In this document: piece after piece, positions 7,706 through 16,258 of the stretch | How positions within the stretch are numbered: the stretch's first letter is position 1 | How the letters are laid out: each line of letters begins with the position of its first letter | NCBI GenBank assembly: GCA_004297205.1 | Contig: SCUL01000001.1 | Location: forward strand, 157,862 to 221,861 | Source: Patescibacteria group bacterium | GTDB taxonomy: Bacteria > Patescibacteriota > Patescibacteriia > 2-12-FULL-57-11 | Direction of reading: 5' to 3' | Length of the DNA stretch: 64,000 nt | Translations under genes and position numbers: made by a program | Notes under the pieces: generated by a model | What the model was told of the DNA's origin: nothing | The model's input: only the letters and a program-made list of their open reading frames with translations | The model's database searches: none

Positions 7706-9021
7706 GCGAAGCGTTCAGCGAGGTAAGCCGGCAGGTCGGCGATGGCGATGCGTTCCTGCGTCATGGCATCGCGGTCGCGGACCGTCACTTTCTTGTCTTC
7801 GAGCGAGTCGAAGTCGACGGTCACGCAGTAGGGCGTGCCGATTTCATCCTGCTGGCGGTAGCGCTTGCCGATCGACTGCGAGGTGTTGTGGTCCACGCGG
7901 AACATTCTCGCCAACTCTTTCGCCAGCGGCAGGGAGACGTTCGTCAGTTCCTCTTTCTTCGACAACGGAAGAACGGCGACCTTCACCGGCGCCAGATGCT
8001 TCGGCAAGCGGAGAACGACGCGCGTCTCGCCGTCGACCGTTTCTTCGTCGTAGGTGGACAGCAGCACCGCCAGGAACGTCCGGTCCACCCCGAGCGACGG
8101 CTCAATGACGTGCGGAATGAACTTTTCCTTCGTATCCGGATCGGTGTAGAACAAATCCTTTCCGGACGCCGCCGCGTGGCTCTTGAGGTCGAAGTCCGTG
8201 CGGTACGCCAATCCGTACAGCTCCTTGCGGCCGAACGGGTAGTCGAACTCGATGTCCACGGTGCGCTTGGAGTAGTGGGCAAGTTCGTCCTTCGGCACGT
8301 CAAGGTCGTGGAGCCGTTTGGCATCGATCCCGACCTCGGCGCACCAGGCGTGCATCTCGCTCAGCCAGTGTTCGAACGTCGTCTGCCATGCCGCGTCCGA
8401 CTTCGGCGGCGCGATGAAGTACTCGATTTCCATCTGCTCGAACTCACGCGTCCGGAAGATGAAGTTGCCGGGCGTAATCTCGTTGCGGAAGGCTTTGCCG
8501 ATCTGGGCGATGCCGAAGGGCAACCGCAACCGTTCAGTACGGGCCACGTTGGCGAAATTCACGAAGATGGCCTGCGCCGTCTCGGGCCGGAAATACGCGA
8601 CGTTCGATCCGTCGTCCTTCGGCCCGATGAAGGTCTTCATCATCAGGTTGAAGGCGGCCGCTTCGGTGAACGTCCCTTTGCGGCCGCAGTGCGGACACGG
8701 CTTGGCGAGGTCGATCTGGTCGGCGCGGAAACGCTCGTGGCATTCCTTGCACTCCACGAGCGGATCGGTGAACGTCGCCAAATGCCCGCTGGCCTCCCAG
8801 ACCTTGGGGTTCATCACGAGCGCCGCGTCGATCCCGACCATGTCCAGCCGAGACGTCACGAAACGCTTCCACCATGCCGCCTTGATGTTGTTCTTCAACT
8901 CGACGCCCAGCGGCCCGTAGTCCCAGGAATTCGCCATGCCCCCGTAGATTTCCGAACCGGGATACACGAAGCCGCGCTGCTTGGCGAACGCGACCAGTTT
9001 GTCCATCGTCAGCTCAGCCAT
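7702..9021 (-). CDS. glyQS: glycine--tRNA ligase (dimeric class II, GlyQS type)
   Basis: Internal ATG (MAELTMDKLVAFAKQRGFVYPGSEIYGG...) within track ORF 7702..9375. Class II core. The upstream 118 codons of the track ORF are an Arg-rich artefact. Confidence 0.85.
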   Translation of the reverse strand: MAELTMDKLVAFAKQRGFVYPGSEIYGGMANSWDYGPLGVELKNNIKAAWWKRFVTSRLDMVGIDAALVMNPKVWEASGHLATFTDPLVECKECHERFRADQIDLAKPCPHCGRKGTFTEAAAFNLMMKTFIGPKDDGSNVAYFRPETAQAIFVNFANVARTERLRLPFGIAQIGKAFRNEITPGNFIFRTREFEQMEIEYFIAPPKSDAAWQTTFEHWLSEMHAWCAEVGIDAKRLHDLDVPKDELAHYSKRTVDIEFDYPFGRKELYGLAYRTDFDLKSHAAASGKDLFYTDPDTKEKFIPHVIEPSLGVDRTFLAVLLSTYDEETVDGETRVVLRLPKHLAPVKVAVLPLSKKEELTNVSLPLAKELARMFRVDHNTSQSIGKRYRQQDEIGTPYCVTVDFDSLEDKKVTVRDRDAMTQERIAIADLPAYLAERFA

Positions 9022-9023
9022 GA

Positions 9024-9584
9024 TCAGATGGTCATGATGTCTTTCTCTTTTTCCTCCTCGATCTTCTCCAACTGCTCCATGTAGCTCTTTACGAGCTTCT
9101 CCAATTCGTCCTGGGCGCGGAAGCGGCCGTCCTCGGACATCTTGCCGTCGCGTTCGGCTTCGATGATCTCGTTGCGCAGCTCTTCGCGCAGGCCGCGCAA
9201 GCTGACTTTGGCTTCCTCTGCCTTGTGGCCGACGACTTTGACCAGGTCCTTGCGGTTCTCTTCCGTCATCTTCGGCAGCGAGATGCGGATGCGCTTGCCG
9301 TCGACCGTCGGATTCAGCCCGATGTTCGCGGCGATGATCCCCTTCTCGATGTCTTTGACGACGCTGGCGTCCCACGGCTCGATCATCAGCGTGGCGGCAT
9401 CCGGCACGCTCACGGAAGCCAGGGACTTGATGTCCATCATGCTGCCGTACGTTTCCACTTTCACCGTGTCGAGCACGGCAGGATTGGCGCGGCCGGTGCG
9501 CAGCGCGCCGAGTTCCTTCTTGAGATGCGCGACGACGTTGTCGAAGCGCGGTTTATGGTCGGACAGGTTCATAATCAGGTTCAT
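9024..9584 (-). CDS. frr: ribosome recycling factor
   Basis: MNLIMNLSDHKPRFDNVVAHLKKELGALRTGRANPAVLDTVKVETYG... is collinear with RRF (TGRA motif position). Start could also be the ATG at 9572. Confidence 0.85.
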   Translation of the reverse strand: MNLIMNLSDHKPRFDNVVAHLKKELGALRTGRANPAVLDTVKVETYGSMMDIKSLASVSVPDAATLMIEPWDASVVKDIEKGIIAANIGLNPTVDGKRIRISLPKMTEENRKDLVKVVGHKAEEAKVSLRGLREELRNEIIEAERDGKMSEDGRFRAQDELEKLVKSYMEQLEKIEEEKEKDIMTI

Positions 9585-9654
9585 CCAGTGTAGGGGCGAC
9601 CCTATGCGGTCGCCCAGACAGGGCAGACGCATTGGTCTGCCCCTACGCCATGCA

Positions 9655-10728
9655 TTACTGTTTCGGCTTCGTCATGCCCATGTAGACCGCGCCGCCCGTT
9701 TCCAGATCGACGGCGAAGACCGTGGCCAGGCGCGGCGCCGGCGAGCGGCGCGTCACCCAGGTCTGACCGCCGTCGCCCGAGGCGTAGAGCGTGGTACCTG
9801 CGGCATAGTAAATTTCCTGGCCGTTCTTGGGGTTCACGGCGAGCCCCGTGATGGCCGCCGTTTCCGGCGGCGTGACGATGTTGAGCCGCGTCCAGGTGTC
9901 GCCGCCATTCACGGTCTTGAGCAGGCCGTAGCGCGAGGCGTGGATGAGCGTGCCCGGCACGGTGCGGTCTTCGACCACGTCCGTCATGGCGCGGGCGCCG
10001 GAGAACTCGTCCATGGTGCGGGTCAGGTCCGTCCACGTCGTGCCTGCGTCGTTGGTCCGCCAGAAGCCGCGGTCCTTCAACCCGACCCACAGCACGCGGC
10101 TGTCGGCGGAACTCATGACGAGCTTGACGATGCCGCCGTCGAAACGCTTGACCGCGCCCCAGGCGCCGCCGCCGTCGGTGGAGCGCAGCAGGTCGCCCTC
10201 CGAAGTGGAGATGTAGATGCGGCGCGGATCATAGAAGTCCACGGCGACCGAGGTGATGGCCGCGGCCGGGCGGGCGTCGACGTAAGAAATCTCGTAGGTC
10301 AGCGTGCAGTCGGTGGAGCGCAGCAGCTTGTTGCCGATAGCCACGAAGCTGGTGCACTTGTCTCCCGGATGCAGCGCCAGCGACGCGACTTTGCCTTCCT
10401 TGAGCTGCGCCGGTTGCTGCCAGGTCTCGCCGCGGTCCGTGGAAAAGACCACCCCGGCGTTGTCCGTACCGAGCATCAGCATCTGCGGATAGCCCGCGTT
10501 CTGCGCGATGTGCGTGACGTTCGCCGCCGTGATGCTGCCCACGCCCTTGTTGGTCGGCAGCGCGACCTTGCGCTCCCAGGTGGCGCCCTTGTCGCCGGAG
10601 CGGAAGAAGCTGCCGTCCGTCGTCTGCTGAGTACTGCCGGAGCCGCCCACGGTGATGCAGCCGCCGCCCGCAAGCAGCAGCCCCGCGGAAATGAGTCCGA
10701 CCCGGACGATGGGAGAAAGGCGCGTCAT
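9655..10728 (-). CDS. lipoprotein with BNR/Asp-box repeat beta-propeller (Ycf48/sialidase-like fold)
   Basis: Signal peptide plus lipobox (LLLAGGGC). Repeated SxDxGxTW motifs (STDRGETW, STDGGGAW, TNDAGTTW, VNGGDTW, SGDGGQTW). Confidence 0.6.
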   Translation of the reverse strand: MTRLSPIVRVGLISAGLLLAGGGCITVGGSGSTQQTTDGSFFRSGDKGATWERKVALPTNKGVGSITAANVTHIAQNAGYPQMLMLGTDNAGVVFSTDRGETWQQPAQLKEGKVASLALHPGDKCTSFVAIGNKLLRSTDCTLTYEISYVDARPAAAITSVAVDFYDPRRIYISTSEGDLLRSTDGGGAWGAVKRFDGGIVKLVMSSADSRVLWVGLKDRGFWRTNDAGTTWTDLTRTMDEFSGARAMTDVVEDRTVPGTLIHASRYGLLKTVNGGDTWTRLNIVTPPETAAITGLAVNPKNGQEIYYAAGTTLYASGDGGQTWVTRRSPAPRLATVFAVDLETGGAVYMGMTKPKQ

Positions 10729-11726
10729 AGCACGAACGCAATATGGTCTAAGACAAGTTTCGGATTGATGTTGGCGTCGAGGTCGGCGGCGGCGCGGTCG
10801 GTGTCTTCCAAGAGCGCGGCGATGGCGCCCGGCCCGCGGCGCGCAGCGTAGCGGCCGATGGCGCCGGAGAAGTCCGGCAGCCGCACCCGTCCCGGTTCGC
10901 CGAGCGAGAGACTGAGCGCGTCGGCGAGCGCAGTGCCGATGGCGGCGAGCACGCCTTTGGCGGCTTGGGCCTGGTCCACGGCGCCGGCGCGTTCCGGCAG
11001 CGCCTTTTGGAACGCGGCCAACCGTTCGTGGAGCGGCGCGTCGAGCGCGGCCACGGCCTGCGCGTAGCGGGCGTCGTCTTCTTCGCGGGTCTCGACGTCG
11101 ACGGAAAGGCTGAGCGCGATGCCGGGACGTCCGGCCGCGCGGCCGGCCAGCGCATCGGCGTCCGGTCGGGCGATGCCGCGGTCCAGAAGCGCCTGGCGGA
11201 TGTCTTGGCGCGGCGCCAGGCCAAAGCGGATCAGCTGCAAACGGGAGAGGACCGTGTCCGGAATCCCGACGCGGGCGTCGGCCACGAGCACCAGCAACGT
11301 TTTCGGCGTCGGCTCCTCCAGCGTTTTGAGGAGGGCGTTCGCGGCGCCGGGCGAAAGGTATTCCGCGCCGTCCACGACCGCCACCTTCCAGCCGGACAGA
11401 AACGACCCCATCTGGAGCCGTTCGCGCAGCGCGCGGACCTGCTCGATGGAAATGTTCTTGTGCAGCTTCTCGGTTTTTTCGTCGCGCTCGCGGGCGATCA
11501 GCGTGAAGTCGGGATAAGCATGGAAGGCGGCGAGTCCGTCTGCCGGCGCCCAGGTGCGACCCAGGAGCGCCGCCAGAAAGAATCCCAGCGCCGTCCGCTT
11601 CCCGACCCCGGCCGGGCCCAAAAAGAGCAGCCCGTGCGCGACGGTTCCCCGCTCCAGCGTCCGGTCCAAAAAGGCGGCCGCCCGGCGGTTGCCGATGAGC
11701 CCTGATTCCACTGCTTTTCGGCTCAT
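10725..11726 (-). CDS. holB: DNA polymerase III subunit delta prime
   Basis: ATG start at MSRKAVESGLIG. FLGPAGVGKRT Walker A and LLKTLEEP motif. Track ORF extends to a TTG at 11774. Confidence 0.75.
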   Translation of the reverse strand: MSRKAVESGLIGNRRAAAFLDRTLERGTVAHGLLFLGPAGVGKRTALGFFLAALLGRTWAPADGLAAFHAYPDFTLIARERDEKTEKLHKNISIEQVRALRERLQMGSFLSGWKVAVVDGAEYLSPGAANALLKTLEEPTPKTLLVLVADARVGIPDTVLSRLQLIRFGLAPRQDIRQALLDRGIARPDADALAGRAAGRPGIALSLSVDVETREEDDARYAQAVAALDAPLHERLAAFQKALPERAGAVDQAQAAKGVLAAIGTALADALSLSLGEPGRVRLPDFSGAIGRYAARRGPGAIAALLEDTDRAAADLDANINPKLVLDHIAFVL

Positions 11727-11845
11727 AGCGCTGATTATCCTATCACGCAGCTCCCCGCCTGACAAAACCGCCAATTCTCCTGAAATTCAGGTCTTTCAAT
11801 TTGCATAACACAGCCAAAAAAATTACATCGACAACCTTGACAAAA

Positions 11846-11875
11846 CCGTGCTTTTGTGATATCTTGTCCGGTTCT
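11846..11875 (+). promoter_or_regulatory. strong sigma70-type promoter TTGACAAAACCGTGCTTTTGTGATATCTTG (extended -10)
   Basis: TTGACA, 17 nt, TG-n-TATCTT. Sits ~90 nt upstream of the SD-preceded ATG at 11967. A CCTGAA-A-TTCAGG palindrome lies at 11779..11791 in the same divergent intergenic region. Confidence 0.5.
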
Positions 11876-11966
11876 CTTAATGGCAAGCCGTATCTGGCCG
11901 GCCCTTAAGGACCCCGAATCCGCCCTGGGTCAATGGCGGCAGGTCTTGAACAATCCGAGGCAGAAA

Positions 11967-12809
11967 ATGGCGCAGACCCTGTATTTCGGACCCGGGATGA
12001 TCCACCCTGGCGCGCTCGCACTGTACCAGTGGCGCTTGGCGGAGATCATCTGTCACTGTGACCGCATGGACGACGGCGAGGAGGCGGGAGAGTCCGCCGA
12101 CCGCGACGCGGTCCCGGTCGTGGGTCCGCGGGGCGGCGTGCGCCGCTACTCGACCGTCATGTTCCGCGACGACGTCTGCGAGGACGTCGACATGGAGGAC
12201 GCGATCATCGCGCGTCTCGACGGCCCCGGCGACGGGGACGACGAGCGCGACGACGAGGGCCGCGGCGAACGCGACGAGGAGGAGGACGACCTCGACGCGG
12301 ATCCGCCGATGTTCGTCGGCGGCGTGACGCTCGAACGCTACATCAACGAGCAGCAGGGCCTCGTCTACGAGGACGAGAGCGACGAGGAGCCGTTGCAGCC
12401 GATGACCGAGCGCGAGCAGGAGCTCTTCGACATCGTGTCGGCGCTGATGGGCGTCGAGACGGCCGAGGTGGCGCGCGCCGAGGACAGACTCCTCGAGCTG
12501 TGCGTCGTCCTCGACCAGATGACGGCCCCGACACCGGAGTCCCAGACCGCCGAGGGGATCACGGCGCATGTGGTCATCCCGATCGACCGCGTCTACGAGA
12601 TCGACTCGGACGTCCTGCCGCCGGTTAGGCCCGGCCGAGATCGCCGTCGCGACGAGGTACAACGCCGGATGCGCGAGGCGGAACTGATCGCTGCGATCGA
12701 CGAACGGCTCGAGGCGGACGGCATTCCTGCGGAGTACGTCCACGTCTCGCGCAAGCGTGACGCGGAGGATCCGGAGGAGCGCGAGCGTCGCCGCCGCTAC
12801 GCGAACTGA
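11967..12809 (+). CDS. highly acidic hypothetical protein (Asp/Glu-rich core, Arg-rich tail)
   Basis: Track ORF 11856..12809. Chosen start is the ATG preceded by GAGG (ccgaggcagaaaATG). The alternative ATG at 11880 is right after the promoter. Sequence DDERDDEGRGERDEEEDDLDADPP...EDPEERERRRRYAN. No known domain. Confidence 0.45.
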   Translation: MAQTLYFGPGMIHPGALALYQWRLAEIICHCDRMDDGEEAGESADRDAVPVVGPRGGVRRYSTVMFRDDVCEDVDMEDAIIARLDGPGDGDDERDDEGRGERDEEEDDLDADPPMFVGGVTLERYINEQQGLVYEDESDEEPLQPMTEREQELFDIVSALMGVETAEVARAEDRLLELCVVLDQMTAPTPESQTAEGITAHVVIPIDRVYEIDSDVLPPVRPGRDRRRDEVQRRMREAELIAAIDERLEADGIPAEYVHVSRKRDAEDPEERERRRRYAN

Positions 12810-12841
12810 CGGCAAGTCCCCTACCTTCGCGGGTGTGCGGG

Positions 12842-12906
12842 CCGGCCGGTGAAACGATGAAGCCCGGGTTCGCCCAGGCAACATCTGCTCACCGGCCGTT
12901 CTTCTT
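12842..12906. terminator. long-loop hairpin plus T-run between convergent acidic-protein gene and trpS
   Basis: cggccggtga ... tcaccggccg inverted repeat followed by ttcttcttttttac. Confidence 0.45.
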
Positions 12907-12908
12907 TT

Positions 12909-13874
12909 TTACTGCAACCCGACGGCTTCGCGCACCGTCTTCATCATCTTCTGCGCTTCGGCACGTGCGCACTCACCGCCGTCGGCCAGCACCTTGTCGA
13001 GCTTTTTGGGATCGGCGATCAAATCATCGTAGCGGGCACGGATGTCGGAAAGCTGCGCGTTGATTTCGTCTGCCAGCAGTTCTTTCAACTCTTTGTAGCC
13101 CAATCCCCCGTTGTCGTAGGCGGCGTCCACCTTTTTCATGGCCGCGGCGGACGAAAAGACTTTATGCAGGGCGTAGAGCGTGTCTTTCTTGTCTTTCGGT
13201 TCCGCGGGCGCCCGCGAATCCGTGGTGATGCGCATGACGCGCTTTTTTGTTTCCTCGGCCGAGGCGAAGAGCGGGATGACGTTGCCGTAGCTCTTGGACA
13301 TCTTCTGCCCGTCGATGCCGGGCACGGTCTCCGTCCCCTTCTCGATCAGCGGCTCGGGCAGCGTGAACACTTCCGCGCCGAACTCGGTGTGGAACCGTTT
13401 GGCGATTTCGCGGGCGATCTCCACGTGCTGGACCTGGTCTTTGCCGACGGGCACCACGACCGCGCGGTACATCAAGATGTCCGCGGCCATGAGCACCGGG
13501 TAATCGAAAATGCCGACGTTGATTTCCTTCTTCTTCGCGGCGGCGTCCTTGAAGGCGTGGGCGCGCTGCAAGGTCGGCATCGGGGTCACGCAATTCAAAA
13601 TCCAAGCCAGCTCGGCATGTTCCGGCACGTCGCTCTGGCGGAACAACACGGTCTTCTTAGGATCAAGGCCGACGGCGAGGTACGCGGCGGCGAGCTCGCG
13701 CGTCTGCTTTTTGAGGAGCGCGGCGTCGCGCACCGTGGTCAGCGCGTGGTAGTCGGCCAGAAAGACGAACGACTCGTACTGTCCGGCCAGCGTCACGAAA
13801 CGGCGCATCGCCCCGACATAGTTGCCGAGGTGCACCTCTCCTGTGGGTTTGACGCCGGAAACAAGTCTCTTCAT
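12909..13874 (-). CDS. trpS: tryptophan--tRNA ligase
   Basis: HLGN (HIGH-class motif) and KMSKS. 321 aa. Confidence 0.9.
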   Translation of the reverse strand: MKRLVSGVKPTGEVHLGNYVGAMRRFVTLAGQYESFVFLADYHALTTVRDAALLKKQTRELAAAYLAVGLDPKKTVLFRQSDVPEHAELAWILNCVTPMPTLQRAHAFKDAAAKKKEINVGIFDYPVLMAADILMYRAVVVPVGKDQVQHVEIAREIAKRFHTEFGAEVFTLPEPLIEKGTETVPGIDGQKMSKSYGNVIPLFASAEETKKRVMRITTDSRAPAEPKDKKDTLYALHKVFSSAAAMKKVDAAYDNGGLGYKELKELLADEINAQLSDIRARYDDLIADPKKLDKVLADGGECARAEAQKMMKTVREAVGLQ

Positions 13875-13998
13875 ACAAGTTTGTCATCCTGAGCGGCAGC
13901 GAAGGATCCTACTTGGATATTCCCGAACGATTTCCCGAGTACGATCCTCGCAGGATTCTTCGGTCGCTGCGCTCCTCAGAATGACACATCTTTGCTTT
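13875..13998. repeat. palindromic intergenic repeat element, copy A (TGTCATCCTGAGCGGCAGCGAAGGATCC ... GGATTCTTCGGTCGCTGCGCTCCTCAGAATGACA)
   Basis: ~30-nt inverted arms around a ~35-nt loop. Fills the whole trpS/GT4 intergenic space. Same architecture at 18302, 45712, 53941 and a variant at 27367. Confidence 0.7.
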
Positions 13999-15102
13999 TC
14001 ACAAAAGCTCCTTCAACACAGCAATCGTCTTTTGCGCGGCCGCGCTCCAGGTGAACGCGGCGGCATGTGCGCGGCGCTGTTCTGCTACGGCAGGATCCGT
14101 TTCCGTAAGCGCGCGGCGAATGCCGTCGGCGATGCTCTCGGACGAGCTCGGATCAACAAGGTGCGCCAGCCCGCCGGCGACTTCCTCAGTGGCGCTGCCT
14201 TTGGATGTCACGACCGGGACGCCGTACGAAAAGGCCTCGAGGATGGGCAGGCCGAACCCTTCGGCGAGCGACGGAAAGAGCAGGAGCGACGCGCCTTGGA
14301 GCAGCGCGAAGGTCTCGCGGTCCGGCAAGGGCCCGAGCTCCATGGCCCACGGCTGCCCGGCGAACGACGGACGCATGCGGTCGTAGCCGGCGCCGGGACG
14401 GCCGATCAGCGCGAGCTGCAGGTCGGGATGCTCTTTGCGCACCAAAGCCAGGGCCTGCACGGCACGCGCCACGTTCTTCTTGGCTTCGACGCGGCCGAGC
14501 ATCAGCGCATACGGCTGGCGCAGGCCGAGCTTGGCGCGGACCATGGCGCACTCCCCGTCCGCGAGCGGCGCAGGCACGGACACGCCGTGCGGCACAATGC
14601 GGATGCGCTCGGCGAGGCCCTTCGCGGGAAACGTCCTGAGCAGATCGTCTTTGACCGCCGCGCTCGGCACAATGATGCGGTCGGCGGTGCGCGCGGCAAG
14701 CCAGGTGGTGACCATCAGGTAGAAACGGCCATGCGGCGTGTACCCCTCCGGATGCGCCACGAATGCCACGTCATGGACGACGGTCGCGGCAGGACGGGAG
14801 TGCAGCGCCGGAAGCACGTGCCCGGGCACGAACAGCAGGTCCGGCCGGCGGCGGAACGTCTCCCACGCCAGGCGCGTCTGCGTCCAGAGCACGCGCGGTG
14901 GCCAGCGCAAATGGCGCGTGTCGGCGTGAGCATCGACAAACACCGCCACGTCCTTGCGCACGGGCTGGTCCAGATACAGCCGGACATGCCAATCCTCCGG
15001 GCGCTGCCGGAGGATCTCACCGATGATCTCAAAACAATAACGCTCGACGCCGGTCTTCAGCGCACGGTTGGCGCGGGAGGCGTCGATGCCGATGATCTTC
15101 AT
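13999..15102 (-). CDS. GT4-family glycosyltransferase (group 1)
   Basis: 367 aa, GT-B fold with C-terminal EX7E-like region (PSLAEGFGLPILEA). ATG preceded by GGAGGT SD. Confidence 0.8.
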   Translation of the reverse strand: MKIIGIDASRANRALKTGVERYCFEIIGEILRQRPEDWHVRLYLDQPVRKDVAVFVDAHADTRHLRWPPRVLWTQTRLAWETFRRRPDLLFVPGHVLPALHSRPAATVVHDVAFVAHPEGYTPHGRFYLMVTTWLAARTADRIIVPSAAVKDDLLRTFPAKGLAERIRIVPHGVSVPAPLADGECAMVRAKLGLRQPYALMLGRVEAKKNVARAVQALALVRKEHPDLQLALIGRPGAGYDRMRPSFAGQPWAMELGPLPDRETFALLQGASLLLFPSLAEGFGLPILEAFSYGVPVVTSKGSATEEVAGGLAHLVDPSSSESIADGIRRALTETDPAVAEQRRAHAAAFTWSAAAQKTIAVLKELL

Positions 15103-15107
15103 ACCTC

Positions 15108-16127
15108 CTAGTAGCGACGGTTGCCTGCTCCCAAAATGCTGCGCTTGTACGCATCCAAGTTTTCCAGAACGATGCCCACGCCTTTGACGACCGCGAACAT
15201 CGGCTCGTCGGCCACGAAGGCCGGCACGCCCGTGGCCTGCGCCAGCAGCTCGGCCAGGTTGCGCAGCTGCGAGGAACCGCCGGACAGGATCATGCCCTTG
15301 TCCATGACGTCGGCCGAAAGTTCCGGCGGCGTCTGATGGAGCACGTCCTTCACGGTCTGGATGATGCCTTCAAGCTCGTTCTGAATGGCGTCGGTCACGT
15401 CGTCCGACGTCACGGTGATGATGCGCGGCAGGCCCGTGACCATGTCGCGGCCCTTCACTTCCATCTCGAGTTTCTCGGTCAGGTACATGGCCGAGCCGAT
15501 CTTGATCTTGATGTCCTCGGAGGTGCGCTCGCCGACGGCCAGGCCGTACTTGCGCCGCACGTGTTCCATGATGGCCATGTCGAACTTGTTGCCGCCGATG
15601 CGCACCGAGGACGAGGCCACGATGCCGCCCAGCGAAATGACGGCGCACTCGATGGTGCCGCCGCCGATCTCCACGATCATGTGCCCGGACGCGGCGCCGA
15701 TCGGAATGCCGGAGCCGATCGCGGCCACCACCGGCTCCTTGATGATGTACGCGGCGCGCGCGCCGGCGGCGAGCGTGGCGTCGATCACGGCGCGGCGTTC
15801 CGTCGAGGTGATGCCGCCCGGCACGGCGACCATGACTTCCGGTTTGAAAAAGCGGATGCCGCCGAGCGCCTTGTTGATGAAATAGCGGAGCATGGCCTCG
15901 GTCGTCCGGTAGTCGGCGATCACGCCGTCCTTGAGCGGGCGGTGCGCGACGATCGACTCCGGGGTGCGGCCGAGCATTTCCTTGGCTTCCTTGCCGACGG
16001 CCAGGACTTTCTTGTCGGCCTGGGATACGGCAACCACCGACGGCTCATTGATGATGATGCCGCGTTTCGGTACGAATACTTCGACATTGGTCGTGCCAAG
16101 GTCGATGCCGATTTTCTTGATAAACAT
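15108..16127 (-). CDS. mreB: rod shape-determining protein MreB
   Basis: Start at MFIKKIGIDLGTTN. Actin-fold phosphate-1/2 motifs. Track ORF extends 13 codons upstream. Confidence 0.9.
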   Translation of the reverse strand: MFIKKIGIDLGTTNVEVFVPKRGIIINEPSVVAVSQADKKVLAVGKEAKEMLGRTPESIVAHRPLKDGVIADYRTTEAMLRYFINKALGGIRFFKPEVMVAVPGGITSTERRAVIDATLAAGARAAYIIKEPVVAAIGSGIPIGAASGHMIVEIGGGTIECAVISLGGIVASSSVRIGGNKFDMAIMEHVRRKYGLAVGERTSEDIKIKIGSAMYLTEKLEMEVKGRDMVTGLPRIITVTSDDVTDAIQNELEGIIQTVKDVLHQTPPELSADVMDKGMILSGGSSQLRNLAELLAQATGVPAFVADEPMFAVVKGVGIVLENLDAYKRSILGAGNRRY

Positions 16128-16258
16128 GGAATGCTGTCTTGAGGCCGCGAAAAACTCCGGACGCAAGGCGCGGGACAGCGAGGGAGGAGCCGTACTTCAT
16201 ACGTACGGTGACGACCGAGCAGGGCCCCGCAACGCCGCGGCCGGAGGAATTTCCGGCC

